A stretch of 64,000 nucleotides of DNA from Pecten maximus. Its lineage: Eukaryota. The position numbers and the translations under genes are program-made. Where the stretch lies: positions 1-64,000 of the forward strand of contig NW_022979151.1 in NCBI RefSeq assembly GCF_902652985.1, given 5' to 3'. Positions within the stretch are counted from its first letter, which is position 1. Every line of letters begins with the position of its first letter. Below the pieces are notes generated by a model that did no database searches, was not told where the DNA came from, and worked only from the letters and a program-made list of their open reading frames with translations. This document shows positions 11,622-24,888 of the stretch, piece after piece.

Positions 11622-14577
11622 GAGTCTCCATAACTGAGACGGCATTTAAATGTCTCCATGACTTAGACTAGTGTCTCCATAACTGATTTACAGTGTCTCC
11701 ATAACTTAGACTAGTGTCTCCATAACTGAGTTACAGTGTCTCCATGACTTAGACTAGTGTCTCCATAACTGAGTTACAGTGTCTCCATAACTGAGACTAG
11801 TGTCTCCATAACTGAGTTACAGTGTCTCCATAACTGAGTTACAGTGTCTCCATAACTGATTTACAGTGTCTCCATAACTGAGTTACAGTGTCTCCATAAC
11901 TGAGACTAGTGTCTCCATAACTGATTTACAGTGTCTCCATAACTGAGTTACAGTGTCTCCATAACTTAGACTAGTGTCTCCATAACTGAGTTACAGTGTC
12001 TCCATAACTTAGACTAGTGTCTCCATAACTGAGTTACAGTGTCTCCATAACTGAGTTACAGTGTCTCCATAACTGATTTACAGTGTCTCCATAACTGATT
12101 TACAGTGTCTCCATAACTTAGACTAGTGTCTCCATAACTGAGTTACAGTGTCTCCATAACTGAGTTACAGTGTCTCCATAACTGAGTTACAGTGTCTCCA
12201 TAACTGAGTTACAGTGTCTCCATAACTTAGACTAGTGTCTCCATAACTTAGACTAGTGTCTCCATAACTGAGTTACAGTGTCTCCATAACTGAGTTACAG
12301 TGTCTCCATAACTGAGTTAGTGTCTCCATAACTGAGTTACAGTGTCTCCATAACTGATTTACAGTGTCTCCATAACTGAGACTAGTGTCTCCATAACTGA
12401 GTTACAGTGTCTCCATAACTGAGACTAGTGTCTCCATAACTGAGTTACAGTGTCTCCATAACTGAGTTACAGTGTCTCCATAACTTAGACTAGTGTCTCC
12501 ATAACTGAGTTACAGTGTCTCCATAACTGAGACTAGTGTCTCCATAACTGAGTTACAGTGTCTCCATAACTGAGTTACAGTGTCTCCATAACTGATTTAC
12601 AGTGTCTCCATAACTGAGTTACAGTGTCTCCATAACTGAGTTACAGTGTCTCCATAACTGAGTTACAGTGTCTCCATAACTTAGACTAGTGTCTCCATAA
12701 CTGAGTTACAGTGTCTCCATAACTGAGTTACAGTGTCTCCATAACTGAGTTACAGTGTCTCCATAACTTAGACTAGTGTCTCCATAACTGAGTTACAGTG
12801 TCTCCATAACTGATTTACAGTGTCTCCATAACTGATTTACAGTGTCTCCATAACTTAGACTAGTGTCTCCATAACTGAGTTACAGTGTCTCCATAACTGA
12901 GTTACAGTGTCTCCATAACTGAGACTAGTGTCTCCATAACTGATTTACAGTGTCTCCATAACTGAGTTACAGTGTCTCCATAACTTAGACTAGTGTCTCC
13001 ATAACTGAGTTACAGTGTCTCCATAACTTAGACTAGAGTCTCCATAACTGAGTTACAGTGTCTCCATAACTTAGACTAGTGTCTCCATAACTGAGTTACA
13101 GTGTCTCCATAACTGAGTTACAGTGTCTCCATAACTGATTTACAGTGTCTCCATAACTGATTTACAGTGTCTCCATAACTTAGACTAGTGTCTCCATAAC
13201 TGAGTTACAGTGTCTCCATAACTGAGTTACAGTGTCTCCATAACTGAGTTACAGTGTCTCCATAACTGAGTTACAGTGTCTCCATAACTGAGTTACAGTG
13301 TCTCCATAACTTAGACTAGTGTCTCCATAACTTAGACTAGTGTCTCCATAACTGAGTTACAGTGTCTCCATAACTGAGTTACAGTGTCTCCATAACTGAG
13401 TTACAGTGTCTCCATAACTGAGTTACAGTGTCTCCATAACTTAGACTAGTGTCTCCATAACTGAGTTACAGTGTCTCCATAACTGATTTACAGTGTCTCC
13501 ATAACTGAGTTACAGTGTCTCCATAACTGAGTTACAGTGTCTCCATAACTGAGTTACAGTGTCTCCATAACTTAGACTAGTGTCTCCATAACTGAGTTAC
13601 AGTGTCTCCATAACTGATTTACAGTGTCTCCATAACTTAGACTAGTGTCTCCATGACTTAGACTAGTGTCTCCATAACTGAGTTACAGTGTCTCCATAAC
13701 TTAGACTAGTGTCTCCATAACTGAGTTACAGTGTCTCCATAACTGAGTTACAGTGTCTCCATAACTTAGACTAGTGTCTCCATAACTGAGTTACAGTGTC
13801 TCCATAACTGATTTACAGTGTCTCCATAACTTAGACTAGTGTCTCCATAACTGAGTTACAGTGTCTCCATAACTGAGTTACAGTGTCTCCATAACTGAGT
13901 TACAGTGTCTCCATAACTGAGTTACAGTGTCTCCATAACTGAGTTACAGTGTCTCCATAACTGAGTTACAGTGTCTCCATAACTTAGACTAGTGTCTCCA
14001 TAACTGAGTTACAGTGTCTCCATAACTGATTTACAGTGTCTCCATAACTTAGACTAGTGTCTCCATAACTGAGTTACAGTGTCTCAATAACTGAGTTACA
14101 GTGTCTCCATAACTTAGACTAGTGTCTCCATAACTGAGTTACAGTGTCTCCATAACTTAGACTAGTGTCTCCATAACTGAGTTACAGTGTCTCCATAACT
14201 GAGTTACAGTGTCTCCATAACTGAGTTACAGTGTCTCCATAACTTAGACTAGTGTCTCCATAACTGAGTTACAGTGTCTCCATAACTGAGTTACAGTGTC
14301 TCCATAACTGAGTTACAGTGTCTCCATAACTGAGTTACAGTGTCTCCATAACTGAGTTACAGTGTCTCCATAACTGAGTTACAGTGTCTCCATAACTGAG
14401 TTACAGTGTCTCCATAACTGAGTTACAGTGTCTCCATAACTTAGACTAGTGTCTCCATAACTGAGTTACAGTGTCTCCATAACTGAGTTACAGTGTCTCC
14501 ATAACTGAGTTACAGTGTCTCCATAACTGAGTTACAGTGTCTCCATAACTTAGACTAGTGTCTCCATAACTGAGACT
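11622..14577. repeat. Minisatellite, ~135 copies of GTGTCTCCATAAC followed by one of TGAGTTACA / TTAGACTA / TGATTTACA / TGAGACTA (21-22 bp)
   Basis: Read directly; near-invariant core with four interspersed variants. Confidence 0.97.
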
Positions 14578-15199
14578 TATCTCTGAGAATTTTCTCTATA
14601 GAAGAGGAAAAATAAATAAATAACAGCATATATATTTGGTTTTTCTTAAATTTTATTATCGTTAATACGTGTATATCATTTAGTCACAAACACACACACA
14701 CACACAAACCCTCACACAAACACACACTCACACAAACACACACAAACCTATTTGTATCTTCAAACTCAGATACGCATACAGATTTGTACAGATACATACA
14801 GTATCTTTGCACTTTGAAACCAACGCGCTTTCAAGTATCATCTACACACAAAGACATTCAGATACATCAAACCTATACCTACAAACTGTCATGATATCTA
14901 CACATTTAGATACATCATACGTACACCATACATACAGTTTAACTGACACAGTATCTACAGACTCAGATACACCATACATACATAAAATTTAACTGATACA
15001 ATATACATGTACATACATACATTTTGACTGATACAGCATCTACACCTACGTTTTAACTGATACATTCAGATACATACATACATACATACATTTTAACTGA
15101 TGCATTGTCTACACATTCAGATGAAATCTACAAAACTGTTTCGGTATCTAGATACGTCATACACGTGCACACAGAAAATCTCAAAACTAACACGGTCAG

Positions 15200-17521
15200 T
15201 CAATTTTTCTTTTCTTTGCGGTGGCGTCTTCGGGGAGATTCCTGCAGTTCCATTGAACTTGAACCAACACACTCTTCCTCGTCGTCTATCGAAAAGGCGT
15301 TCCCGTATAGGGTTTCAGCAGGAGGCAGAGGTTTAAGTTTTGATGGCTTCCTTCTTCTCCTGCAGACTTTGCCGCATCCGCGGCGAAGGGTGAGCAGTAC
15401 CCCGAGAACAATCACCACCGTCACCAGAACCGCAATAATGATGCTTAAGACTGAAAAAAAAAATAATTAAAATAATATTTTATAGTACTACGTGTAGTAT
15501 AATAAACCGACTAATATTTAATTTATCTTAAAGCGTAAATACTGCTTGTCACAGAAATGGACAAAACTAACACCCATTATACAGAAATGTATCAAATTAA
15601 GGCATCAGACGAAAAATATTAACAAAGTCCGTAAAATTGCTGGAACTTAACTGATACTTTCAAATACAAGATAGAGAGGAGGAATTTTGTCGGGACGCAC
15701 AAAATTATTATCATTTTTTTTTTTTGCAGTTGAAACTTTTGAAGGGTGGTAATATCACAAAGTTTGTAACTTTTGTTGTTGTATCAAATTATATACTAGT
15801 AACTGCCTATTCTAGTTTTCAATCGACCATATTGCTTTGTCGGCGATTAGCATCTTTAATCGACTTGTAATAGACTGTTATCAAGGGATTTTAATTTTCT
15901 AAACATCTAATGTTCTGAACTAACCTCTGATCCTGGAGTTTAGCAGAGAGTCGGTTGTAGAAGTCGTTGTCGTCGTCGTCGTCGTGAACAATTCCCGAGG
16001 GACGGGCGATGACGTTATATCCGGCCATGTGTCGTTGGTCGAATTATCGTGACCGGTGGTGACGGTGGTGGTTGTAGTAGGTCTCCATGTTTTCGGATTA
16101 GGAAAGGGCTGGAAATAAATAAATAGATCGAATCTATCTATCAGAAATAGCTCGCGCCCGAATACACAGGACCGGACAGTGGACATCAAACGTAATCGGC
16201 TTAGCTTTTATCCGTACAGTACATGTACCAGTCTCTGACTTAAAAAAAATTACAGGTGAGTTGATAACTTTTGTTACAAACAAAATAAAACTACCAGGAG
16301 AAAGCATGTTAGTCATTCTCCATTTTGGTATATGATATTTCAAATTTAATAGCAGAATCAGGATGTTATCGACGTTTCCATCTTAACAGACCACCGATGC
16401 TAGAACCGCAGTGGGCGGGGCTTAACTAAGCCTTAGGGAACTTTATAGATCTATACACCGACCATCGGTCAGCTACTAAATGTTATGTAACGATTGTAAA
16501 GATCAGATAAACGGTATGTACCGTTCTCGTTTTAAATGTCCTCCTTGTCACAACGGTAGAGGTCGTTTTCACAGTGGTCTGGGTAACCTGAAATTTCAAA
16601 ATTAAAATAAATTATAACGATGATCCTTTTAATTACGAGTATGTTTTTCTCATGTATTTATTAATTTATTTATTGTTATCTACTTTCGAAATTATTTATC
16701 AGTACACAGCAATATCTAGCGCCCAAATACACACAGTGGAGATCAAACGTAATCGGCTTAGCTTTTATCTTAGATAGTCGGTTTGTGTACAATGACCATC
16801 GCTCCGGCAGTCGCACTGAGACGTTGCGTAATGATTGAAAGCTAAAAGGAACGATGATCATTTCATTAAATACGTAAGTCTTAAAAATAAATCGTACCTT
16901 TCTTGTTCCACTTGTTACAGTCGATGTAGTTTCCGCCGTCGTCGTTAAATTGAACTGAAAGTATATAATTGAATGCATAAAAAATATTTATCTATTTTTT
17001 TTTTATATATATTTGTACTTTTAAAATTATTATCCCACCCACGTCTACATAAGACTTCAGCTTAAGTCAAGATAAATAAAAGAGAAAATTAAAAAAAATT
17101 AAGACTCTCACCATTATAAAACATATTTCAATAACATGAAATGATGTTATTCATTTAAAATGGATCAACCACGTCTCGCCGATAAATGTTAATAATAATT
17201 AAAACAACAACAACAACTTACTTCGCATGGGATGCTGTTTAGGAAAACAATCGGGAACCCTTCGAACACCGAACAGTTTAGGTTTGTTCTCGACACTCCT
17301 ATGAAGGTGACGTTTGGAGCCTGGTCACGGGTCAAATTGAAAAACGTCAGTCTTTCGAAGGTTATCCATGTCACTTCGAGGATGTCCGAGGAGGCAGCTA
17401 CAAAGACATTCCCCGGACATGCAAGGATGTCTCCTTTTGGTGTACATTTCTGTGGAAATGGATCTGCGAACGTCCCACCGACGAGTAGAAAAAGTGTTGC
17501 TATCAACGCCATCGCTGTCAT
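15200..17521 (-). CDS. Five-exon type I membrane glycoprotein, ~285 aa (signal peptide, Cys ectodomain, Thr-rich stalk, TM, basic/acidic tail)
   Basis: Exons 17521-17222, 16954-16898, 16587-16522, 16108-15925, 15450-15200; all GT-AG with compatible phases 0,0,0,1; TM VLSIIIAVLVTVVIVLGVLLTL; six NxS/T sites. Confidence 0.8.
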
Positions 17522-17927
17522 CTGCCTTGTAGCTGACCTGTAGTTTGACCCGTTGCGCATGTCCACCTCGGACTCCACCTACCTACCCCCACCCCCTCCC
17601 CCCCTCCCCTCCCCCTCCTCCTCGATCTCGATCTCGCTCTCTCATGCGCTACCACTATACCTTTCATACGCTAAACTTTTTTTTAGGAGCTACTTATAAC
17701 TAAATATGTACTATTCACTAAACTACAAATATATGCATTTATCTATGTATATTATTATTATACACCTATACGACATGATATATATATATATATTTTGCGA
17801 TGCTAGGCAAAAACTCTTTTCAGACGACAATGGGAACATCCACCGAATACAAATATTAAACAAGATACATATATAATTTTCTTACTTTGTAGTGTACAAT
17901 AAAAAATGAAATACTAACAATACGTAA

Positions 17928-18386
17928 CTATAATATTTTATCCAAAAGGTAATCTACGTATTCGTCTTCAGATGCTGGAGCTGAGCATGATTCTAGAATA
18001 TAATGATAATAGTGTTGATCTACAAGTCTTTCAGACTCGTCAATATCAATATTGTCTGCACAAGGAATATTTCTTGCTAGAACCCTCAATATCCGTTTAA
18101 TACCGCGGTCAGTGAACAGTTCACTCGGAATACAATATTCCAAAAGATAGAAAACTTTGATGTTTGGTGTTTCGAAAAGTGCACACTTGAACGTATTTTT
18201 TACAGCATGGAAGATGTGATAATATTCGGGATAACATTTCCTAAATATAGCTACAGCTTGTGGATAGATTTTGTTTTCCAAATCCCCCATTAATGTTTTC
18301 TGGTCCTCGTTACACAAGTAATACACCATATAGTTGAAACTGAAAGTATCTATTGAAATCATTATTTGTTTAATGAGGTATTTCAT
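17928..18386 (-). CDS. Hypothetical Polinton accessory protein, 152 aa (may have an upstream exon)
   Basis: Open frame just downstream of pPolB; frame stays open upstream to a candidate acceptor near 18440; no motif recognised. Confidence 0.5.
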   Translation of the reverse strand: MKYLIKQIMISIDTFSFNYMVYYLCNEDQKTLMGDLENKIYPQAVAIFRKCYPEYYHIFHAVKNTFKCALFETPNIKVFYLLEYCIPSELFTDRGIKRILRVLARNIPCADNIDIDESERLVDQHYYHYILESCSAPASEDEYVDYLLDKIL

Positions 18387-18469
18387 GCGCTGGTCAAGTT
18401 GTTCACATGTCAGTCGAAGAAGCGATATGGGTGTCGTTTCTAGAACAGATAAATGAATATGTTAACAAG

Positions 18470-21100
18470 TTAGAGAGTTATATCTAGAGGCTCTGTGCGT
18501 ATGCCACATGCTAGGACTTTCCTTTTGGGATAATAATTACTAAAGCCGTTTCGATCGTGTGCATATGTAACCATACGGTTATCTACCACACGGAAGCCTC
18601 TGTTTGTAGCCCCACGGAGCCCTGAATTGAATAGTACATCTTTATACATGGCGATTGGATGCCTCAAATTTCGCTTGTTGACACCTTTACAGCTAAATTT
18701 ACTGTTTGTTTGGTTGGACTCGGTCGTGTGTTCCACGCAGTATGTCTTGGAGCAAAGTGCCACCATCGCGTCGCCCCTCATTTCCTCCTTAAAGAGACCA
18801 GGGGTCCTGCGCGTGTACGCTTTTGTTTCCGGTGAACTAGGGTCCGGGAACCATTGTTTTTTTTCGTTATCAAAATCGGTTTTCATAGCGGGGAACACCA
18901 GGTCTTCTATGTTTTCGCTTGAAAGAGCCATATAATATGAATCCGTGTCCATTTCTATTAATTCGAAGTCATCTCGATGTATGTACTTATCGAGACAATT
19001 ATAATAGAAACTTAACATGCGCAGTTTTGCATACTGCAGGATAAAATAACCTATCTGTATAGGGATATCCATACGAATTTGTTTTTTCGCTGTTACCACG
19101 TCGTATTGACCGTGGCCAAGTTCAGTCAGACTTCGGAAATGTTTCGAATTCACGATTTCGTATACTTGACATTCTGAATCGAGATATTTTGTGTTCGCGT
19201 GTTTATCCTTTCGCATTAACATTGAACCGTAGGACGCGTTTCCTTTTAATTTGCTTGTTTCACTAATCACACCGAGTCTCGGGTCCCTATCCCCAGCGCG
19301 CCTAGCATCGCTGATTTTCTCTGTGAATTCCTTAAAACAACGATCGGGTGAAAATTCGAGCACTGTATGCATGCGAGTTACTTCCAAACCGTGATTGATG
19401 TACCATTTCAATAGCGGCGTCGCTATCAGCATTTTTTTAGCCGCCATCGCACCAATAAGGAGTTTGCGCGGTTTCTGAGACACACCGAGTTGATCAGCCA
19501 CCTGTTTCATGTAGTCGCCTACCTCATCGGGAGACACGTGGGCGTTTCCGAACAACGGGGACATCTCGGAGAATTTCTCACGTAAATGAACGGGAACAGA
19601 AATATCAACTTCGACCGCACCAAATAATTCGTTCCGTAAAACATGATCAAGGACCTCGTCGGTCGTCATGGTTTTCTTATTTTCCGTAAATCTTCGGTAA
19701 CTGTCACAGTGAGAATTTAATGAGGTATCCTCCCTTACCATACGGTCAAACTCGCATTCCCACATTCTCCGGATTTGATAGCCGCGTTATCTTATATAGC
19801 GACTGCGCTTTTCACTGTGTCTCATGCGTTTCCTCTGTAGCGCTGCATTTGGATTGCGTAGGCATGTATGGGAATGGTAATAGCACCCGTCGAATTCAAA
19901 CACCGTTTGCGATCGATTGTCGAATCCGTCCACGCGATATGGTCCTATACGAAATTCTCTGTCGGAATTTAACGCCTGTTTGATATCGACGTCTTCCGTT
20001 TTAGATATCCAGTCCAACCATTTAAAAGCTTTAAGATATTTGTCTCTCCTTTCTAATTTGAATCCGGTTTCCTCGCGTCTTACGGAACAATAACCAGTAG
20101 GCATCGGTTCTGCCAAACATCCTAGATAAAGAGAATTTGCATCCAGACCCAAAATGGTCTTACACACTTTTCTCCATTGCGAATACGCGTTTTACCCTTT
20201 TCGTGGTAACGATTTAAGACTATAGACGGACCACCGACTATATTCTTCTGAATAAGCTCGTGCACTTTTTTGTCTCTATTGCTGAACAGTGAAACATGTA
20301 TCTTACCTTTGACCGATCGAAATAGTAGATTACGCGCTACACCCGAGACTGATATGGTAATTTTGAAGACATCTACTCTCTCTTCCTGAATATAATAGTT
20401 GAGTAGTTGCTGCACGGCATCTCTGAAAGGCCCTACGTCTAAATTATTGTAATATATAAGATAATCTTTGAATGTTTTCATATTCTCATTCACCCACAGG
20501 CGCTCTAATTCGGCATATTTTTCCTCGCCGGATAAGGGTTTCTCCGAAACATTCATGTGTGACAGAACTTCACCGTGCGAATAACCATCTCGAATTAAAT
20601 ATTCGTATTGAATTATTTCTTCTTCTAAAACATTTTGTTGTTTAAGAGAACTGTAAAAACTTTCATACGGCGGTAGTTCTCGGTAGTTGAGCTTGTCGGG
20701 TGAATCCAAAAACTCAACAGAAATATCCCTTGCGTAGGTTTCCCGGGTGATATGCTTTTATAAATGCATCATAGGACGAACCAGCCGCTAAATAGTTACT
20801 GATGTCTATAAACTTGAACTCGTCAGTTGCGATACACATGAACTGGTTTGTTTTCTTAACAACGAAGTTATCATCGTTCTCGCTTAATTTCAAAGCTCGA
20901 ACTAATCTGGTTTTAATCAAATTAATGTCGTATTTCTGTGAATTGAATCCTATGACGGGTATTTGTCCTATGTAGGTTTCAAGTCGTTTCTTAAGTCGAG
21001 ATAACTTCTATGCTTATCTTTTTCCTCGTCTGCGTCATCATCGTCGTCGTCGTCGTCATTTGTCAATTCTAATTCAATGCTGTTTATGATGTCGTCGTAC
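18470..21100 (-). pseudogene. Protein-primed family B DNA polymerase with Vsr-like nuclease insert; frameshifted and N-terminally truncated at the LTR
   Basis: Exo II GFNSQKYD, Exo III YNNLDV, motif A LDANSLY, motif B KLKGNASYG, motif C MDTDS, KTY and KGV; insert RVDG..FEFDGCYYH..WECE; split over four or more ORFs. Confidence 0.92.
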
Positions 21101-21892
21101 TGTGACAAGGCTGGTTGCTAGGGAATTAGCTCGTATAGGCCAGCGTTGTCACGTAGTATATAGGAATCTTCAACAAACAAAGATGAATCTTGTTTCTGTG
21201 TCCAAATAGATGTTTTATTCGTGGCGTCTTGTTCGAAAGTAACAAGAACCACCTGGACACAGTAAGTTAAGAATCATCGGAACTTTCCTAAACCAATCAA
21301 ATTACGTTTTACAAATTACTTCGGCTGAAGTTTCATCTATTAACCAATCAAAACTAATTTAGCGTAATGGTCAGTAGCTCTGTTTGTTTACCGAACTGGC
21401 CATGACCGGTTAATTACTGGTTTAGACCTGTCACCAATATCTCAGGTTAGCTGAGGTATTGTGACGTAACAATTGTCACTAGACCCCTTAATTGCCGGCT
21501 AAGTGAAAACATTTCTTTTGAAGTTATTGGACATATGGCCTGACACTAATTCCTAAAACGACTCAGAAATAACAGCTTGGAACACCTGTGATCGAATCTT
21601 TTAAGGACAGCTTTTTATATGTTTGTTTATCGCTGACATATTGACTGACATTCTAACGAAGGCTTATATCTTGTAAACACTTTGTAATCCTGATGTGTTA
21701 TAATACAACTTTTAAGGAATAGCGGACATTCCTGTTCAAAATAAAATCTTAAAGTCAAAATTATCTTTCTCATTTTAAGTGAAATACAAAAATTAAATTA
21801 TCTAAACTAGAAGTCCTATTGATATAAAATATATCGTTTAATTTTTGCTTTATTTTGAAACCAAATATGACAGAGTGTTTAACACTGCGACA
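21101..21892 (-). repeat. 3' LTR (792 bp, short form)
   Basis: tgtgacaagg...ctgcgaca; near-identical to the ends of 32300-34119; PPT-like GGAGGAAA adjacent on the minus strand at 21893-21900. Confidence 0.92.
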
Positions 21893-22672
21893 TTTCCTCC
21901 GGGCTTCAAAAACCAATTCCTCCGGAATTGCAAATTGATATAAGGAAAGAAAAAAACAACAACATAAAACATGTTTGAAAAATCAACATATGTCAAACAA
22001 CGAAATTAAAAAAAAATGTAAAAAAAATAGTTATATACAACATCATAAGTAAAAGAACATGTTCAATCAGTAGACATGAGATGGATCACACCAGGCTTGT
22101 GTCAATGGATATAGTTGTTGTACACATGTCACGGAAATGCAGGAGAGATAAATTCAAGTCACGAAATAAATCCAAAGGGAGAAAACTCAAAACGAAGGTG
22201 CACAGGTATAATCCGTAACGAAGTAAGTTGGGTCCCTTTCACAACTACTTTATTCAATCCACTTTTATGTACCGGAAGTGGAAAAACACAGATTGTACGT
22301 CTCAAGGTTTCCTCGCAGAATCGTGCATGGATATGTTGACGTCGACATTAAAACAACACAGAATTAATCCACCAGTGAATACACTGTTTGTTCGTGACCA
22401 TGTGTGTTCCTTATGGAAATTGTCACATTAACTATCACAATAAAAATGCCTGTTTGTTGTGTGATCCAGTTAAACGAACAAGAAATACGAGAAATTCAAA
22501 GGTTATCATGCATTCCCAGTACATATGATCTGATGGCAAAGCAAACTCTTAAGTATACGATGAAAAAGGTTAAAAGAGAAAAAAAAAATCATAATAAAAA
22601 TCATAAAATGAGATATCTACATATGTATAGTGTCAAATGTGGGAGGATTGAAAATCCATTTGAGCATGGAGT

Positions 22673-24875
22673 TCATGCCGTAGCTGTCAACTTTGGGTAA
22701 ACCGACTCGACGGTGGGCTCAGAGGTTGCAGAGAGATCTTTGACCTGAACTGGTAAGATGACGTCACCTATGCGTTTATATAGCAATGCATTGAAGGGCT
22801 TTGAAATAATGTTATGGGTCCTGTATGTCAAAAGAGGGTCAAGCTTTATGTCACTGGGCAAACTCCACTTTGTATTAAGTCCGGTTACTTCTACGTTCAA
22901 GCCTGCCCAGTCAACAAATAAAAATGATCGTAACCCGAAGCTAACTCTAAAATCTTTCAATGGGTATTCTGAAGTAAACGACAACGAATTATGGGCGTAT
23001 GGTATTTTCCGTATGGGAATAAGAACTGTTGATTGCTCGTTAGATAATTCGAGCACCAACTGAAGCTTATTAGACCTACAATATTTGTATATCAGATAGA
23101 TCACCAGGGCAATGATTGCTAACGTGCCTAAAATTTCAGATGTGGAATACACATGTTGAAGAGGAAAGGTAAATGGGAGTTCTGTTGTAGTTGGAACGGA
23201 GGGTGTAGAATAATGAAATATTGGTATTGAGTAAGTCTTTTGAGCCTTGTGCAATAACGTAACAACTGTTGCGAGTTGGCGATATTTTTGAAAGAGAGCA
23301 ACGAATGCTAAGAAACTCAAGATCGCTACGGAAGTAGATAAGAGCGAAAACATTAGGGCATAATTGAAACTCGGAACAAACTTAGCTGCATCATCTAGCA
23401 TTGTTTCAGATAGAGTTTGAAAAATGACTCTATTTTGCCTAGCGCTTTCCGAAATGGTCTTGATATCAAGGCTGGCTTTTTGCTCACTAGCTATCAAACT
23501 TGAAAAATTGTGGGTAAAAAGTTGAAAATGTGGAACTTTAACATCTAACGGTTTTAAAAATGCCGAATCAGGTGTCAAGTCGTCTAGAGAGGAATTGAAA
23601 AACTGCTGTAGTAAAATAAGATTCACCGCATGGACCATCGTTATATCGTGTGTTTGGTTCCTACATTCAGACCAATGTTGCGGTATAAAGAATGATTTGG
23701 TTGACAGTGAACATTTACATGGAACCGAAATGGTACAGAATGAGCATCCTTCATAAGTTGTACTACTGTCTTCACAGTTTATGTCAAAACTTGAAATATT
23801 GATCAATAGAAAATGAGAAGAATTCAAGCTTACAATTTTTGGAGCAATGACATCTTGTTTGAAATGAAATACACAATTTTGATTGATCGCTCTTAATTTG
23901 CTATGAAAAAGACTCAGGAAACATGAGTTTTTAGTATCATTCCGAAATACAAGATGTCGTTCACAGTGCCAAATGTGATTGTGATGTGCACAAGATTTCA
24001 AATCTCTCCTTTTCAACTCAGCGAAATATTTATTGTCAGATGACAAATCCATGAGGTTGAAGTTTTTCTTCAATATAATTTAAAATATTCGTTAGGACAT
24101 CGTCCGGAACTAACAAGGGAGATAATTTGCCCTGTAATGTACTTAATACACCCATCAGTAGCTCCTCATATCGGGTCAATACTCTAAGAGACAGTCTTGT
24201 TTGTTTTGTCATAGCAGCTACTAATTGCGCTTGTGCAATTTCTGCTGAAATGAGGGACTTATTGAAATTATCTCCTATTAATTCAATTGCATTATGGTTA
24301 TCAGTTACAGCATCAAACGTGTTGGTAAGCCTATGGTCAAAATTCCTAACAGCAGCAGTAAAAGTACCTATCTGTTTCGAAGCAGCCTGTGCCATTCTCT
24401 GTTGGTTTGCCCTAATCATTGCGACATATCTAGATAATTGCTCTACATCTGAGGTGGTTGAAGTGCCAAACAGAGTTTTAGCTAAAGAGCCTATCAATGG
24501 GAGTAAAGACCTACGTTTCCTACTCATCGAAAAACGGTTTAGATTGTGATGAGGTAAAAGTTTCTTAATCTTTGACAAAATTGTTCCTACATCTAAACGC
24601 GTCTGCTTATGTAGAGCCACAATTTCAGTTATTGCTTCTTGATACCATGGGCATTGTCTACAATTCAGGGGTTTTTCCGATACAAAAGGAAAAAGAGGTA
24701 AGTCCAACTCAAAATAATGTGTCCACTGGTCTGCCGTTGGGTAAAGTGATCCTTCATTCTTGAAGGTAACACCATAGTTTGGTAAGGTTTTTATACCGTC
24801 ACGGGTTGTTATTCCTGCTTTCCCAATTGATACGGCCGTACAGAAAAGTAAACAGAAAAAAGGGAAGGTGGCCAT
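22673..24875 (-). pseudogene. env: Env, class I F-type fusion glycoprotein (baculovirus F/gypsy Env-like); frameshift or deletion near 24040
   Basis: Signal peptide, furin site RKRR followed by fusion peptide SLLPLIGSLAKTLFGT, heptad region, Cys-rich segment, TM at ~23290-23365, second hydrophobic segment at ~23085-23135. Confidence 0.88.
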
Positions 24876-24888
24876 CTCGTCAAGAGAA

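Noticed and set aside
11622-14577. CRISPR-like array (constant repeat plus variable part)
   Set aside because: The variable parts are only four recurring 8-9 bp variants, not unique spacers; no cas genes; eukaryotic context.
18390-18440. BC-box/SOCS-like motif (PISLLRLTCEQL) upstream of the 152-aa ORF
   Set aside because: Spacing is off from the consensus and the true start is unknown.
1056-21100. Claim that this Polinton lacks the adenain protease
   Set aside because: I see no protease here, but the left end is outside the window and part of the element is deleted, so absence cannot be concluded.
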